Part shown: positions 24,001-28,505 of the stretch, piece after piece
Position numbering within the stretch: position 1 is the stretch's first letter
How the letters are laid out: each line of letters begins with the position of its first letter
Source of the DNA: Candidatus Obscuribacteraceae bacterium
Lineage (GTDB): Bacteria > Cyanobacteriota > Vampirovibrionia > Obscuribacterales > Obscuribacteraceae
NCBI GenBank assembly: GCA_044226015.1
Contig: JBGAHS010000008.1
Span: forward strand, 224,001 to 288,000
Length of the DNA: 64,000 nt
Direction: 5' to 3'
Notes under the pieces: generated by a model
Database searches by the model: none
What the model was told of the DNA's origin: nothing
The model's input: only the letters and a program-made list of their open reading frames with translations
Made by a program: the position numbers and the translations under genes

Positions 24001-26850
24001 AAGATTCGCGCCGATGCTTATGTCGCCAGTAGCAGATATGCTGGTAGGACCAGATCGAGAAAGTACACTTCCAGAATTGCTGGCATTGAGAGTCACCCCA
24101 CCAGTTGTGTTCTCAGTGATGTTGACGGTTCCAGTGCCTGACAAAGAAGCCGTACCAGCAGCACCCGAAACATTGACCGTAAGCGCGCCCGAAGTATTCG
24201 GCTGAATGGTTAGCGTCTTCGTTCCTGTGTTTTGTGTAGTACCACTTGCGAAGTTAACCGTGCCACCACCAACCGGAGAAATCAACACAGCTCCAGTCGC
24301 GGCGGACGCAGTAAGCGAACCTGAACCAGCTATTGTCAGATTGCCAGTACTCTGCAGCGAGACAGCAGTGGCTCCAGCCAAACTACTGGATACCGTCCCA
24401 TTATTAGTGAACGTTCCACCGTTTTCATTTATAGTGATTAAGGCACTGCTCGCTAGAGTGGTAGCTGAGTTGACAGTGATGGGACCGGTGCTAGTCACGG
24501 TCGTTGCACTCGACGTCGTAAGTGTGTTACCGCCGGATAGGGTCACGCCGCTGCCCCCACCGCTGTCCTTCACGAGCACAGCACCGCCAGTGTTCAAGGT
24601 GGTAGCACCGGCCATTTGCACAGTGAGCAATCCGGCGCTGCTCGATGAAATCTCCAGATTCTTGCTATTGCTAATTGACTGATTTGTTCCGCTGGCAAAA
24701 CTCAACGTACTGGCACCAGGAACAGCGAACTTCACAGACCCGAGCGTACTATTGGCATTCATAGTACCGGTTCCAGCAATGGTCATACTGCTTGCACCAA
24801 CCAAACTACTTTGCACAACAATCGAGTTAGCTGCATTCAAATCGCTTTGCAACGTTCCATTGTTGGTAAATGTTGATCCATTTTGGTTTACGGTAACCGC
24901 ACCAGCCGTAGCCAATACGGTAGCGCCGGAATTAATGGTCACAGTCTTAGAACTCGTAATATCCACCTTGTTAGCGGCAGTGATGTTAGCACCGATAGTA
25001 GTGGCACCAGTCCCAGCGGTCAAAGTAACATTTCCGCCGCTTGTCACGGCATTGCTCAAGTTAATGGCACCTGCGTTAGTGGCACCAACAGTGGGAAGAG
25101 CAGAAAGAACTCCGTTGGTTATCGTGGTGGTACCACCAACAAAGCTAGCATTGGGGGCAGCAGCTGCGATGGTCACATTTCCGGTGCCGCTAGTCGAAAT
25201 GACTCCTGTCCCCGAGATCCCCCCAGTACCGGTCAATATCAGAATATTGCCATTTACAGCGCTCACCGTTCCTGCCGCGAGATTTATAGAACCTGTCCCA
25301 TTAGCCAGCAATGTGACATTACCGCCGGCCACCGCGGACAGGTTCAAGCGGTTACCCGCAGTTCCGATACTACCGTTGCCAGCGCCCGTGATCGTCAAGG
25401 TCGCGGTCGTGTTACCAGCGGTGTTGTTAAAAATCACATTGTTAGACGAGCCAGGAGTCGCAGTAAACTGTAGCCCTGCTCCGATAAAGAGATTCGCACC
25501 AGCAAGTGTAGATATAGTGCGGGTGCCATTGTTGGTGACATTGCCAGACGCCACGATGGCGATATCACCAGCGACCCCGGTGAGACTACCGAATATGTTG
25601 ACTGCGCCACCATTGTTGTAGTACGTAGGGTCGCCTGTGAGCACCTGATCGCCGACAGTGAGCAACCCGTCAGTTACAGAAATATGCACTTCGGAGCCGT
25701 AATTACTCAAAGCTCCTCTGATTTCGTCCATGTGTATGTTCATGGATTTGCCCTGGACTTTAATGCCACCGTCAGCCAGGAGTCGACCGTCCATCATCAA
25801 GACATTGGCGCTCTCCAACTCAGAAGGAAGAAGGTTCGAGCGCACGTTCACAGTGCCTGCCTCGAAGAGTCCGGTCTCCGAATTGATGCCACCCAGAGCT
25901 TCGATGACACCAGCCTTGTTGCTTAGAAACAAATCTGTGCTGGCACTGAGAGCATTGAGGTTTATCGAATTTAGCGCCTGAATCAAACCAGAATTCACAA
26001 TTGTTCCGGTTCCAACATTCAAGTTGATGTTCTGAGCTGAGAGCACAGCCTGACTAACACTGCCACTTATGTTACTGAGGGAACCAAGCGTTGCAATATT
26101 CAGCGTGCCAGGCGTCGTAATCATTCCCTGATTGACGAGGTTGCCTGCGATATTCAAGTTCATGCCCGAGGAAGAATATACACCAGGCATCGAATAGCCA
26201 GAAGGCAGGTGGGCACTGAGTAGACCACCAATACCTATGTTGAGACTACCAAGATTGAGAACCGCAGCCATGTTGGCAGAGTTTTGCAAGGTGTACATAG
26301 AACCCAGGATGTTGAGTTCACCGCTAACATTCAATGGTGTCGACGAATTGAAACCGACGGCGTGAAGAGCAACTCCAGCAGGAATAGAAAGGGCTTCGAA
26401 ATTTTGGACATTCTTGGAATTGAGGGTGAAACTCCCACCAACTGCCGCTCCTTGATTGTTCAAAACGAGTGTCTGGTTACCGCGCATCGCTTCGAATACG
26501 GCGACATACTGCGAAGGAGTGACAGCCGCGCCCGGCATCACAGTCATTGTGGTACCACCAGATATGACACCGTTGTGAGCACTGCCACCGACCGTGATGT
26601 TCACCGGCGCAGTGTTTTGCGAGCTAAAACTCGCCGAAGTCCCCGACAAATTGAGATTGTTTCCGGTACCAGAAACCGTCCCGCCACTAGGAACCGAATA
26701 TGGTGTCGCTCCCGGACGAGACTGCGCTAATGTCTTGATGGGTGCTACGTAAGGCCCGATGAGTAGCATCGAAGACATTATCCACACCAACTTGTGCCCA
26801 AGACTGCGCTCTCCAAAAGCGGCAGCCTTAACTAAACGGGTTCTTTTCAT
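1..26850 (-). CDS. Giant (>=8950 aa, 3'-truncated by window edge) G/S/T/N/A-rich beta-strand repeat surface/secreted protein, filamentous-haemagglutinin/adhesin-like
   Basis: ATG at 26848-26850 (minus) translates MKRTRLVKAAAFGERSLGHKLVWIMSSMLLIGPYVAPIKTLAQSRPG..., an extended signal-peptide-like N-terminus. The same frame is still open at base 1 (...LNAVTNVNGV). The ORF track lists no terminated ORF in this frame, and the main series of antisense shadow ORFs keeps one phase from 17 to 25730, so no internal stop or frameshift is evident. Confidence 0.92.
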   Translation of the reverse strand, partial: MKRTRLVKAAAFGERSLGHKLVWIMSSMLLIGPYVAPIKTLAQSRPGATPYSVPSGGTVSGTGNNLNLSGTSASFSSQNTAPVNITVGGSAHNGVISGGTTMTVMPGAAVTPSQYVAVFEAMRGNQTLVLNNQGAAVGGSFTLNSKNVQNFEALSIPAGVALHAVGFNSSTPLNVSGELNILGSMYTLQNSANMAAVLNLGSLNIGIGGLLSAHLPSGYSMPGVYSSSGMNLNIAGNLVNQGMITTPGTLNIATLGSLSNISGSVSQAVLSAQNINLNVGTGTIVNSGLIQALNSINLNALSASTDLFLSNKAGVIEALGGINSETGLFEAGTVNVRSNLLPSELESANVLMMDGRLLADGGIKVQGKSMNIHMDEIRGALSNYGSEVHISVTDGLLTVGDQVLTGDPTYYNNGGAVNIFGSLTGVAGDIAIVASGNVTNNGTRTISTLAGANLFIGAGLQFTATPGSSNNVIFNNTAGNTTATLTITGAGNGSIGTAGNRLNLSAVAGGNVTLLANGTGSINLAAGTVSAVNGNILILTGTGGISGTGVISTSGTGNVTIAAAAPNASFVGGTTTITNGVLSALPTVGATNAGAINLSNAVTSGGNVTLTAGTGATTIGANITAANKVDITSSKTVTINSGATVLATAGAVTVNQNGSTFTNNGTLQSDLNAANSIVVQSSLVGASSMTIAGTGTMNANSTLGSVKFAVPGASTLSFASGTNQSISNSKNLEISSSSAGLLTVQMAGATTLNTGGAVLVKDSGGGSGVTLSGGNTLTTSSATTVTSTGPITVNSATTLASSALITINENGGTFTNNGTVSSSLAGATAVSLQSTGNLTIAGSGSLTASAATGAVLISPVGGGTVNFASGTTQNTGTKTLTIQPNTSGALTVNVSGAAGTASLSGTGTVNITENTTGGVTLNASNSGSVLSRSGPTSISATGDISIGANLSSTNTGATTITQTGGKITNSGTVSSAGTLTIQANTGASIINNGTLRSSQAAANSVALRSTGSFSVSGTGALDASGVGGSVLISPAGGGTVNFASGMSQTITANKNVSITPNTNGAITVNVSGAAGTATFTGTGTYSISDSTSGGVTLQQSNAGSSISFGGATTIGVAGGAAKDITVSGVKVQSAGILTVNEVGGTFTNNGSLVSTSASANSILIQNTAGSFSFAGTGTLDASSSAGVTNVALGTGAGGTINFLNGLNQSISSNKVLSVAPVAAGSITLNVPASGTAAFTGGSYTIAANGANNSVGFTNGTLQLGGSTTVTTTGTGQISVGSGATISETSGTLTFNISQTGQITNNGTIANSSGTANNFVMQSSGNNLTLAGTGNINVNTLSGSVRMTATGGGTITLPSGTNQTVAGTSTVAMLPSSAGGLTVRVAGAAGTATLSGGTYTINDSGAGGGVTFAQATVNSTLAFGAPISVTTTGTITTPANMTVRSSGVFTLNVNGGTLSNSGTIASTASGTNVVVTSTGNLTVQGTTGALNAGAGNTVRISPAGGGTLSLAAANLTQAVTGNLSIVPSTAGSITVNMSGAAGTGSFTGAGNFSVTDSGAGGGVSFTTASAGSTLSFGSTTAITSTGTIQTATGLTVNSAGVITVNTNGGTFTNNGTVSSSFAGGTAVSVQSTSNLTISGTGSLTASAGTGTVLISPAGGGTVNFASGTTQNTGARTLTIQPNSAGSLTVNVSGAAGTASLSGTGILNITENASGGVTLNAANASSILNHAGPTNITATGNISIGANLSSTNTGATVITQNGGTTTNSGTVSSAAQLTLQANSGATVVNSGTLRSTLAAANSVTFASTGNFTVSGTGAIDASGVGGSVRFSPVGGGTVNFASGMNQTLTGNKNVSITPNSSGAITVNVSGVAGTATFTGTGTYSILDNTSGGVAFQQANTGSTLSFGGATTIGVVGGAAKDITVSGVKVQSAGILTVNEVGGTLSNNGTLATTSASASALLIQNTAGSFSMTGTGTLDASNSVGAVNIALGTAAGGTVNFLNGMNQTVSSSKIVSVAPLAAGSITLNVPASGTAVFAGGGYTIAANGANNNVSFTNGTLQLGGSTGVTVSGTGQINVGVGATLSETVGTLTMTVSPTGQINNNGSVVNSSGTANNVVMQSSGNALTLTGAGTINVSSGSGSVRLTATGGGTISFASGMNQTITGTSNVSMVPSSAGALTVRVAGAAGTATFTGGSYSIADSGAGGGVTFAQANANSTLALGGAVAVTTTGTITVPATMTVSSTGVLTLNANGGTLSNSGTIASTASGTNIIVASTGNLTVQGLTGSFNAGSSNTIQLSPAGGSTLFLPATNFTQNITGNLSIVPSSSGALTVNLSGAAGTAAFVGGSGYTVADSGAGGGVSLTTASSGSVLSFGAAAALTSAGTIQTASGSTVASSGILTVNANGGTLSNLGTLRSTSNVANSLVIQSTGSLTVSGNGTLDANTVNGSIRYSPGGGGTLNFVAGYAPIVTGNKPISISQNGAGTLNINVSGAGNASLTSTAAYTISDSSGSGITFSASTAGNTLTLPGATTVTSTNDITMNTGAVLASSGTLTVNENGGTLTNNGTLRSTSGTVGAITIQSTGSLTLAGTGTLDANSGSGSVALRPAGGGTLNLAVGLSQALTGNRNLTVSPATAGALNVNVSGGSGTATFTGTGTYTFNDFGGAQGVNFSRTSGNAILSLPGVTNINSVGGTIGISNVSVSSTGNLTLSSTNLTNSGTIQSSANVLLNVNGGTFTNNGSIVSTSGAGNNVQVTSTSGFTLAGTGNIDVSSGAAGSILLQPSAGNTLNLAAGMNQTITGNKSVSITPTSGALSLNVSGAGTARFTGGTFSLTEGTAAAGISFTQSNSGNVLSLGGNSTVSSSGSIHVNGVTVKSATGSLMLNVDGGALNNNGTIGSDSGLANNLIVQSTSNLTIHGVGTFDVSSGAGSVRLAVPASGLVNFLFGTDQSVTADKTVLISPSSAGAITVLVIGGAGSGGFSSGVINIDDGGSGAGVTLTTTHQPSVLLLGSSSSITSTGTVTVGAGSTVSSSGLLTFNLDGGTLVNSGVIASTAGAGANILLQSSSGFTLQGNGSFNASSGVGDVNLSATAGGVINLEAGLSQSLQGNLVFTPSDNSNLNVNIKGAGTASFTGGTLYTFLAVGANNINFTGDNSGNQLSLGGNTAVTVNGGNVNVTSGVTLSSSGTLTVNANNNGTLTNNGTLVSTAGTAGNLVIQTDSSLTLAGSGSLNASAGGSVAITAPGAGIINLASGLNQTIVGNRNVSISTSSAGTLNLNVVSGIATFTGSGNYSISDGGGAGVNLTRTSSGSTLNFGGNTSVTSSSDISLQNGLTLQSAGTITINENGGKFSNNGTVKSTNGTAGAITIQSSSGLTLAGTGTLDAATGSGSVAIKPAGASTLSIESGTVQTIAGGAGLAISSGSAGGLKVNVSGPAGVASFVGTGATTITDDGSSGGISFTQANSGSTFSVDGALTISSSGDITIDGPGSGVTVSSGGNLTINENGGTLQNGGTLSSVANNANSISIQSTGDLTLRGTGSLNASGALGSIKIQSGANGTVNFESGMNQTVLSGKQVSIGSSSGSSKFNVSGAAGTAQFTGGSFTVTEGTAGSGVSFSKTAAGSSSIQFGGDTVVSVSNSSAITVNNGVSVGSSGSLTLSASNSTINNNGTLFSTAGIADAITLTSSPSTSLTLSGIGTLDANSGSGSVLINAGSNLILSNGLSQSIAGGKNVDVLSQAGSLNVDVNGSAAFNGNGVYTFAAASGQSITISSTGGSLSVGGNLTLDASTGNLTLSDVTVGTVNGDAQVNVGSQFDIGASTLQSGKSNGSINVSGSTGALTLVGNGSLKLTQNAANNKILVSSGVSGTGTLSFAGNLIMDVGAGTTAVDAISIQAASVNLATGTTQTFANGANATLAPGAASSLSVIAQGAAGTATLAGSGIVTVQSNGVAESVSFSASSSPSVLQVNGGLTVNSGASGSVSVNSVELTSGSSLLINTSSLTNSGTISSSAAAGSISVQSTGDLTLSGNGVYRDTQNAALNNISFIAGPSGTGTLTITGDNTLDVGNATSALDAISFEASTINLQSGSTQTVSNDASVSFSPGSSSSLKVNVSGLSGTASFVGLGKYSVSSNGSGNTVEFASDAASSTLLFGGALSADAGSTGTVSVDAGLTLSSAGSISVNAGTIANNQALVSTGSNSLILLQNLGGNLVLDGNGLYQISTDSANNFIQVIAGATGAANLSLNGSSTFDVGNANVSNNAVQFTAGQINIKVGTTQTVLNNSALTLKSGASDLNLLMLGGTGASNFIGASAYTLTATGNLSFTGLATPAQFNFDNNLKVQAGTNSSITVSSGVTLNASGSMTLDAGTIFNNGSTISSSAIGAVVLQNTGGASSLTLAGNGNYQTSSNNAANKILVQSGSAGAGQIFVTGSNTFDVGTGTSSANAVEFQANSIDLSTGTTQIIANGAKLTISLSGAAATAINLSGAAGNVDFTGASSYTINSNAATNTLDFSSDNASNLRFDNALSVTNTADVSIASGLETSAALTLSSLSNNGGIFVTGHVSGATGVNVSSNGSGIIDIADGAFVSSTNASISFKSGALDSNSSGAINAGTGVVSLLQNGSNTDVSINGGSATYGVSAATLANITASKLVIGDSNTGAVTQVGSADFSVPGPGSYDLVINGASYDGTGSSMLIGSKNLTITASTGAAVMGAVTGTSGFVDVSASNDAITLTDNLSAGKVTLLSGVNIQVSSDVTVQTFGAAGNDIVLNMLAPASLVQTLGSNLSLMSAGALSVSGGVDTTQIVGGGGDFTASAADGTLSISGVINSYGNGAIGVNNGGAIDLSASNGSISVGAISSDGGPSSGNAGLISVVASGAVTVAGAISAKSVSASGGIVTLKSSGSSIQVDGSINNQGAASGPSILISSASASPLQIGGSSGVNKIAGLISSNGSVEIQNSGDIQLFSAGTTISASASVGQISLVSTNGAISANSSTEGGLSASAVLLSAKTGVGSVTGAVPISLTGAGNTKVAVQVTGPNSEVYLLSTAAGLTTDALSSASTGSIIGVNSTGDIRLDVNAGSTLTVSSGNTISTSGSGSTITINADKLVFGSSTPSIDAGSSGTIIITPTTLSQNITIDNTGTQYLTTTNSQLTQFQALNVQIGNNSFAGDITVGAGGLLLAGNDGSVAAGTAPGAFNITFISSGKFSSKNVLIDEGVNDFTVKVGGTVELGAVGVQPNASGSVSISGNGVTLYDNINAGSLSIDPGTGTLVQNGGTLSSNSLSINANPNDNVVLNIAVSDLTVTQSLAGTGSITITNSKELLSNGISTAGLGGFNYTGTADGGTTLTNSITTDGPLSITNTGNNAQITINGALSGSSVSLSSTGTGDISGTGTVTAKNDLTVNSPNGDVNLNVATPYITVTQDINGTGSVTITDSVALIGNGASTAGSGGFFFTDTAGGAGAINITNTITTKGDLTLSGAGGTDSGIVLGADISGAAVTLLSTGTGTITQATPGLDVTATSSLTLTAGSGNVDLNVTTPSLTISQSGAGAVNIIDSQALSTTGPITAGSGGLSINVTAGGAGAITTGASISSTGAVVLTGVGGSDSGIVLGGDVTGKSVTLTATGSGNIGSTVAVDITASNGDVQLTANNLTFANSSTIDAGSQSVYIQPTANQSIAVNGAAIGTLTIGQNLVDNITAGQLVIGNTSSTGAIQVNGAGDTMNANFDLVFLNNPTTGGSFTNNGTIALNANDLSVTVGGSITSGAVTGTGSIVSLTGTDIALSGAIDSSGGKVTLSATDGGVTQSAGVVSAAELTINATDTVANLNIAVPFLTISQTGSASVTLTNSVALTGNGVISVGSGGFFFTDTADGGINLTNTITSSGPVSLVNTGNNAGIAIGAAVSGSIVTLTSTGTGDISGAGVVTGSSSIALTSPEGSINLSVDTPVLSTSQNVSGSGSVFIQDASSVQVGADSTAGSGGFTLISNGAGPVGISTAGKINSSGSIDLQALGIGAGITIGKDISGSDVSLTASGGDVSVGTSVSVSGTNSVIVSMQGGTLSNNGTLTSSSGGILIDSSSDLTFSGTGSLSSATGTSIILPGNSTLSLPSNLMQTVTGDLSMGVSTPGSLSVDVTGAAGTVQFIGGGNYKISSSGANALNFNQDNSGSGISFGGSLNLTSSGDINNNGLTLASSDVMVINENGGQLLNNGTLRSTAGVANDILITSSSSLSLAGVGNLDASAGNGSVKISIAGGSSFKFETGSVQTLVGDKDLTIETNSPGNMFISTGGATGNATFAGTGKYTVQNLQGGIAFAQFSSDSSITFGGDTTINNANDLISIQGLTIVSNKTLTVNENDGIVFNNGVLRSGAGTPNDLVIQSSGSLFYLGTGKLDAAGSALIGVGAAEVLNLQAGTTIDMVGNKDLTLSSPGLLTVNVAAASGTVSFVGTGKYTVSGVGVNLSSDFASGVLSFGGDTEINGGTGTVALDTKTEARSAGDMMLDASAIDNAGLVSSTKSSGLITLSNSAGDLTVGGGGVFTNTTNSLGNQIVISANSGKSAVTFSGDNTFDVGNANTAANAIEILATQINLPAGTTQTIASDANVTMHPGSSSDLNIVVTGGPGNASFVGNGTYSISSVGSGNGVSFKSTLSNQLSLGGDVNVTSSSTGTIHVDSTFTLDSANGAVMMDASNIDVAGTVSSSSSTGLIVLQNSSGDLTVGGGGSFIETQNSASNQIIISAGSAGTGKITVLGDNTFDVGTATGTADAIQFVGSQLNLPVGSQTFLNNPNVIIQPGSSSSISINVSGPGVANFVGTGTYTIQSVGAANSVNFGGTAASQVNFAGDLNVQGGSDVSVGSGITVSSDNSMTVSALTIHNSGKLSANNLGLNVNDTLVSNNGVYTADAIAVNSASGKSLTILGNATFDATNGGQTDLNSNGDITFGDGVTTATQLFNGDANFNTALGKGTVTVTLNDSVVGNNTITVNASTLIVNGSITANPLIFNSAGAGTIANNTGGALDLKNVGGLVFNGQSLAILSAGDIIDTNASDTIDLSGDALNPDGGSLLLVAGFNFSPNAAAPYQFNNTVYTLGSAGTGSVDLANVDVNTSGFAGGGNAGSVQAYASKGSVNLGDITAVGQGLAGAGGSVTLVGETGVAVGSATLTGGSSSGNLSITTAAPVLNNGPVMIGNGTIIKGSLSASNVISNGNVTLNGAVDANSIGVNAGSIAMGSNAGTLNSLADVSLKTTGGNLSSAGGSLDISAIGKTTIDLSGAAIDLSSVTGQSVSIDSKNGVDLKGSSASAAAVTTDGGAVSLNSSAASVLTGAITTSSLSVSGADISLTAAGAVTVNGGLDASSGAASGGNVTVGSSGSTIEVDGAINNTSVGNGAAFVKLSSAASNLNLNSSSAAANSIKGIISSNGDVTVSAHGVILSGVTAVSSTSGIGIDAIDGSITASSAGAGKLAAPEVILLGTSLGTSATPLTLDSASTTLASSATGASAVTNLTSTGDLLVGSGVSVGSLTASGISSDGDIQLNVANNLQLDAAIIRNSSGNIDIHADSLNSWAATPTLIDAGNTGNVTFTPSTNNLAVDLGGAYLSQSQLNQIRAQNLQVGNSTSYTGTVNLGGSLNSGLAAAGTQNGSMNLTIQSAGTVDTSAFSLSVGPNKLDVSAKLVSVGDINASSGAITISGTNGVSLNGDINATAASKISITASNNQIDGTGAKVASGSGDILINIASGTISGIAAVSTAGSVLIGTSDGSSSTASGVSIGSVQGDGKVTVISSTGGVAVGAVSSNGAVVLNTLSSGDVTLSGDVSGASISINAVSSGAINSSVAVALKSGSGGVSLSSNSLGLKTGSSVNAGGSTVLIQPNANQSIGVNGSTAETFVVSNDLMSNITNASSVTIGNKTSTGSLTFYGSLSPTYALNLYNAGAVTMNSGSSLSMGANNLNIESGSTASLQTISGSANTVSVKATSITLNQNINLAGSSTLTLTSTSADIAQTAGVLTSADLQVSSAGKANFKSAVSGSITLGSNGDATVNNVGTLTAFSGNSAGKLTLTNDGGVTLSSALFAANGLDLSLSAGNTFNENGFKISSTNSDISIVSDHFTGTGPIDAGSATVTFSALTSPVTFAGSAGGLDLSTGLLNSITASKLIVGSLSNTASLTVASDYDLSSRYDLTLQAGGALHTDGHTLTIGSKDLTISSTGAVTLGGISSSAAKVIVNGDSITSTVDFGSATDTTTLQSASGDINGTGRVTADLLTLNSTGGSVDLAVSANRVDGLVANTFKLSGNSTLNIGTVSATNAVTLSADKISVLASGTLSGSSVTLLGTTVNGSGSQQMVLSNSGAIVATTGGITVDTAPGQDLLLTGNGSGSFKIAAGQQMNFNATDNTGVHPSMILGPGNQTFFVGTGSSPGGDVNFTAAGGPNSSITITNGTTYDFPNDYTHVNLTLGKFFGNPSQFDIHKTTNPNSTLSITGAFTGTIANSTGPIDLGNLTKISFAGPIAILSATDIINSGGNLTISLANVGGTGGDLTLIAGFNFTPTTSGTIGPNNIDYTLSSPNSGSGSINVPNVNFTTSGSDSGGSFFAVANGGSVKIGNVDTSGGTGTGGKVTIIGNGISTGDINSSSILATNGGAVVLNSASSAVLSNTSPGAMHVIDGVVTGGTFLPGTQAGVVSVGAVSTGSAAVTISGASASSSGVITASSLNANANGGNISLLTNVSNSMVLSATGNITVNNASALSSLTTTVGGSFTFNNTGDLTLSSGVAAPGGITISSTGTLNIGSNSLVSTTSPISISADDLVLGTGVIDAGAGTVSISAASSSQAITLGIAGAGLNLSTAELQSIKAGTLVVGSSSNNGGININAVLDVSGLYNLQLNQGSTGGLNASSAINVGSNSLTATVGGTASFSSVLSNGSSIQLTGGSLAISASFGSITDTTKLSSTNGDLTVSGTVTAASLTMSASNGKLNAVTNVNGV
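15800..24900 (-). repeat. Intragenic ~155-175 aa repeats (NNGT-anchored), including a 2388-bp (796 aa) higher-order duplication at ~19620-24470
   Basis: Matching anchors are offset by exactly 2388 nt, e.g. GACTGAACTTT at 21065 and 23453, and GTGAC at 20234 and 22622 within matching context. (T/S)NNG(T/S)(L/I/V) motifs recur every ~460-520 nt. Boundaries are approximate. Confidence 0.85.
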
Positions 26851-27776
26851 GGGATACCTAAAAATTTGTCGACCAAATAATTATATGTAAAACATGCGAT
26901 TTTGGCTAGCAAACAGTTAGTTACGCCTTCCCCCAAAAGTTGCTATCTGAAGGTTTTTCCAGCCACTGTAGCCTATTGTCAACACACCCAAAAACTACCC
27001 CTCTAATAACAAAAGAAAAGCGCTGAACGCCCTAAGCATCCTTTAGAACACATCACCGAAGCCGAAATCCCACGTATTGCAAGGTCCCCGGGATTCTAAA
27101 ATATGTAATCCAGCCAACAAACCAGGCGTATTCCGCATAGACAATATCTAACAACAAAAACTGTTCGCAACAACAGCCTTCGGCGCTCTCTAATTCCGGA
27201 TTTGTGCGACTTTCATTCTGCTCGCCCATTCAGATGAGTTGCCCACCAATCTGCTTAAGTCTTTGCCTGAAAGCTCCAGAAGGGTGGTCACCAAACAAAC
27301 TCTTCGGCTAGATTCGATCTGCCAACCTACACACATCTACTTGAAGCAGCATCGCAGCTTACAAAGATGAATCAGGAGCTGTGCAGAAGCTGAGCGCAAA
27401 ATGTACCCATTTTGGTGCAACCTTATGTTGGAATTCCTGTGAAAAAAGTTGGGATTGTCCAGCGCATGGCTCTCGCTTTTCAGGATCAGGTGAAGTTATA
27501 ACTGGTCCGGCAAACGAAAATTTGCCCGAAAGCAATAGCCCCTCCTAGCCCAAAAGGTGGCTTATGTAATTCACGTTCTATTGCAGAAAACCAACTACGC
27601 ATAGAAAGTAATGCACATTGCCACCACAAACCGTGATGAAAATTTAGACAATAGTCCGAAAGCGCATAAGTTTCTTCGGTTTCGTGAAATTAGATTGTAG
27701 GATTGATTTATGAACTACAGCATGCCGAATTTCTCGGGCACGATTAGCGCACCGGCTGTTAATCTCAGGAAGTCGA

Positions 27777-28334
27777 ATGAAACCAGAAATAATTGTGATT
27801 GGAGCATCGCTTGGAGGACTGATGGCATTGGAAGAGTTGCTCGCAAACCTTGATGCTACAATGAGCGTTCCAATAGCCATCGTGCAACATCGCTGTAAAA
27901 ATGAAGGACAAAATTTACTAGCAGCACTGCTCCAAAAACACACATCGCTGACTGTTGTGGAAGCTAAAGATGATGACGAGCTGCGGGGTGGCACAGTCTT
28001 TATCGCGCCACCTGATTTACACTTAGTGGTTGAACGAGGACACTTCAACCTCTCTGAGGGCCCACCTGTGAATTACGCTCGCCCCAGTGTAGATCGTTTG
28101 TTCGAAAGCGCAGCCTACTCGTATGGCAGGGCTGCGCTTGGCATAGTACTAACGGGCGGCAACACGGATGGAGCAGTCGGCTCGCGTACAATCAAAGAGA
28201 ATGGTGGAACTGTGATTGTGCAAGAATTGGAAGAATGCGAAGACACACACATGCCGAGAGCAGCCCTCGCAGCAACCTCCGTTGATCGCATACTTAGATT
28301 GCGTGAGATTGCTGCACATCTAAACGCGCTATAA
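27777..28334 (+). CDS. cheB: CheB-type protein-glutamate methylesterase, catalytic domain only (no receiver domain)
   Basis: GASLGG (Ser), VQH (His), RPSVDRLFESAA and LTGGNTDG (Asp) motifs; 185 aa. Confidence 0.93.
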   Translation: MKPEIIVIGASLGGLMALEELLANLDATMSVPIAIVQHRCKNEGQNLLAALLQKHTSLTVVEAKDDDELRGGTVFIAPPDLHLVVERGHFNLSEGPPVNYARPSVDRLFESAAYSYGRAALGIVLTGGNTDGAVGSRTIKENGGTVIVQELEECEDTHMPRAALAATSVDRILRLREIAAHLNAL

Positions 28335-28368
28335 GACAGTTTGTTGGCACGAATGCTCATCGATTGGA

Positions 28369-28454
28369 ATGGATCAGTGCTATAGAGTAGATTGGATCAG
28401 AACTATAGAAAGATTGGATCAGAAATATAAGAAGATTGGATCAGAAATATAGAA
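28369..28454. repeat. 22-bp tandem direct repeat, ~4 copies (AGATTGGATCAGAAMTATAGAA)
   Basis: GGATCAG at 28371, 28394, 28416 and 28438; full units start at 28389, 28411 and 28433. Lies between convergent genes. Confidence 0.9.
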
Positions 28455-28505
28455 GCACTGAAATAGAATAACTTGAGGATGAACGCCAAATAAAAATTTG
28501 GTCAA

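Noticed and set aside
17..26730. Dozens of + strand ORFs rich in P/V/L/T/A
   Set aside because: They are antisense shadows of the giant minus-strand gene. Most share one phase, and their composition mirrors Gly/Asn/Ser/Thr codons.
26955..26982. TTGACA (minus strand, 26977-26982) as a sigma70 promoter for the giant gene
   Set aside because: There is no credible -10 hexamer at 16-18 bp spacing.
27508..27530. GGCAAA-CGAAAA-TTTGCC hairpin resembling the start of a c-di-GMP-I riboswitch
   Set aside because: The stem is too short and the downstream conserved GACGCAAAGC-type segment and second stem are not visible. An Infernal search would be needed.
28369..28454. Plasmid/replicon iteron origin
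   Set aside because: No Rep or partition gene and no evident DnaA boxes; the context is chromosomal (prfC nearby).
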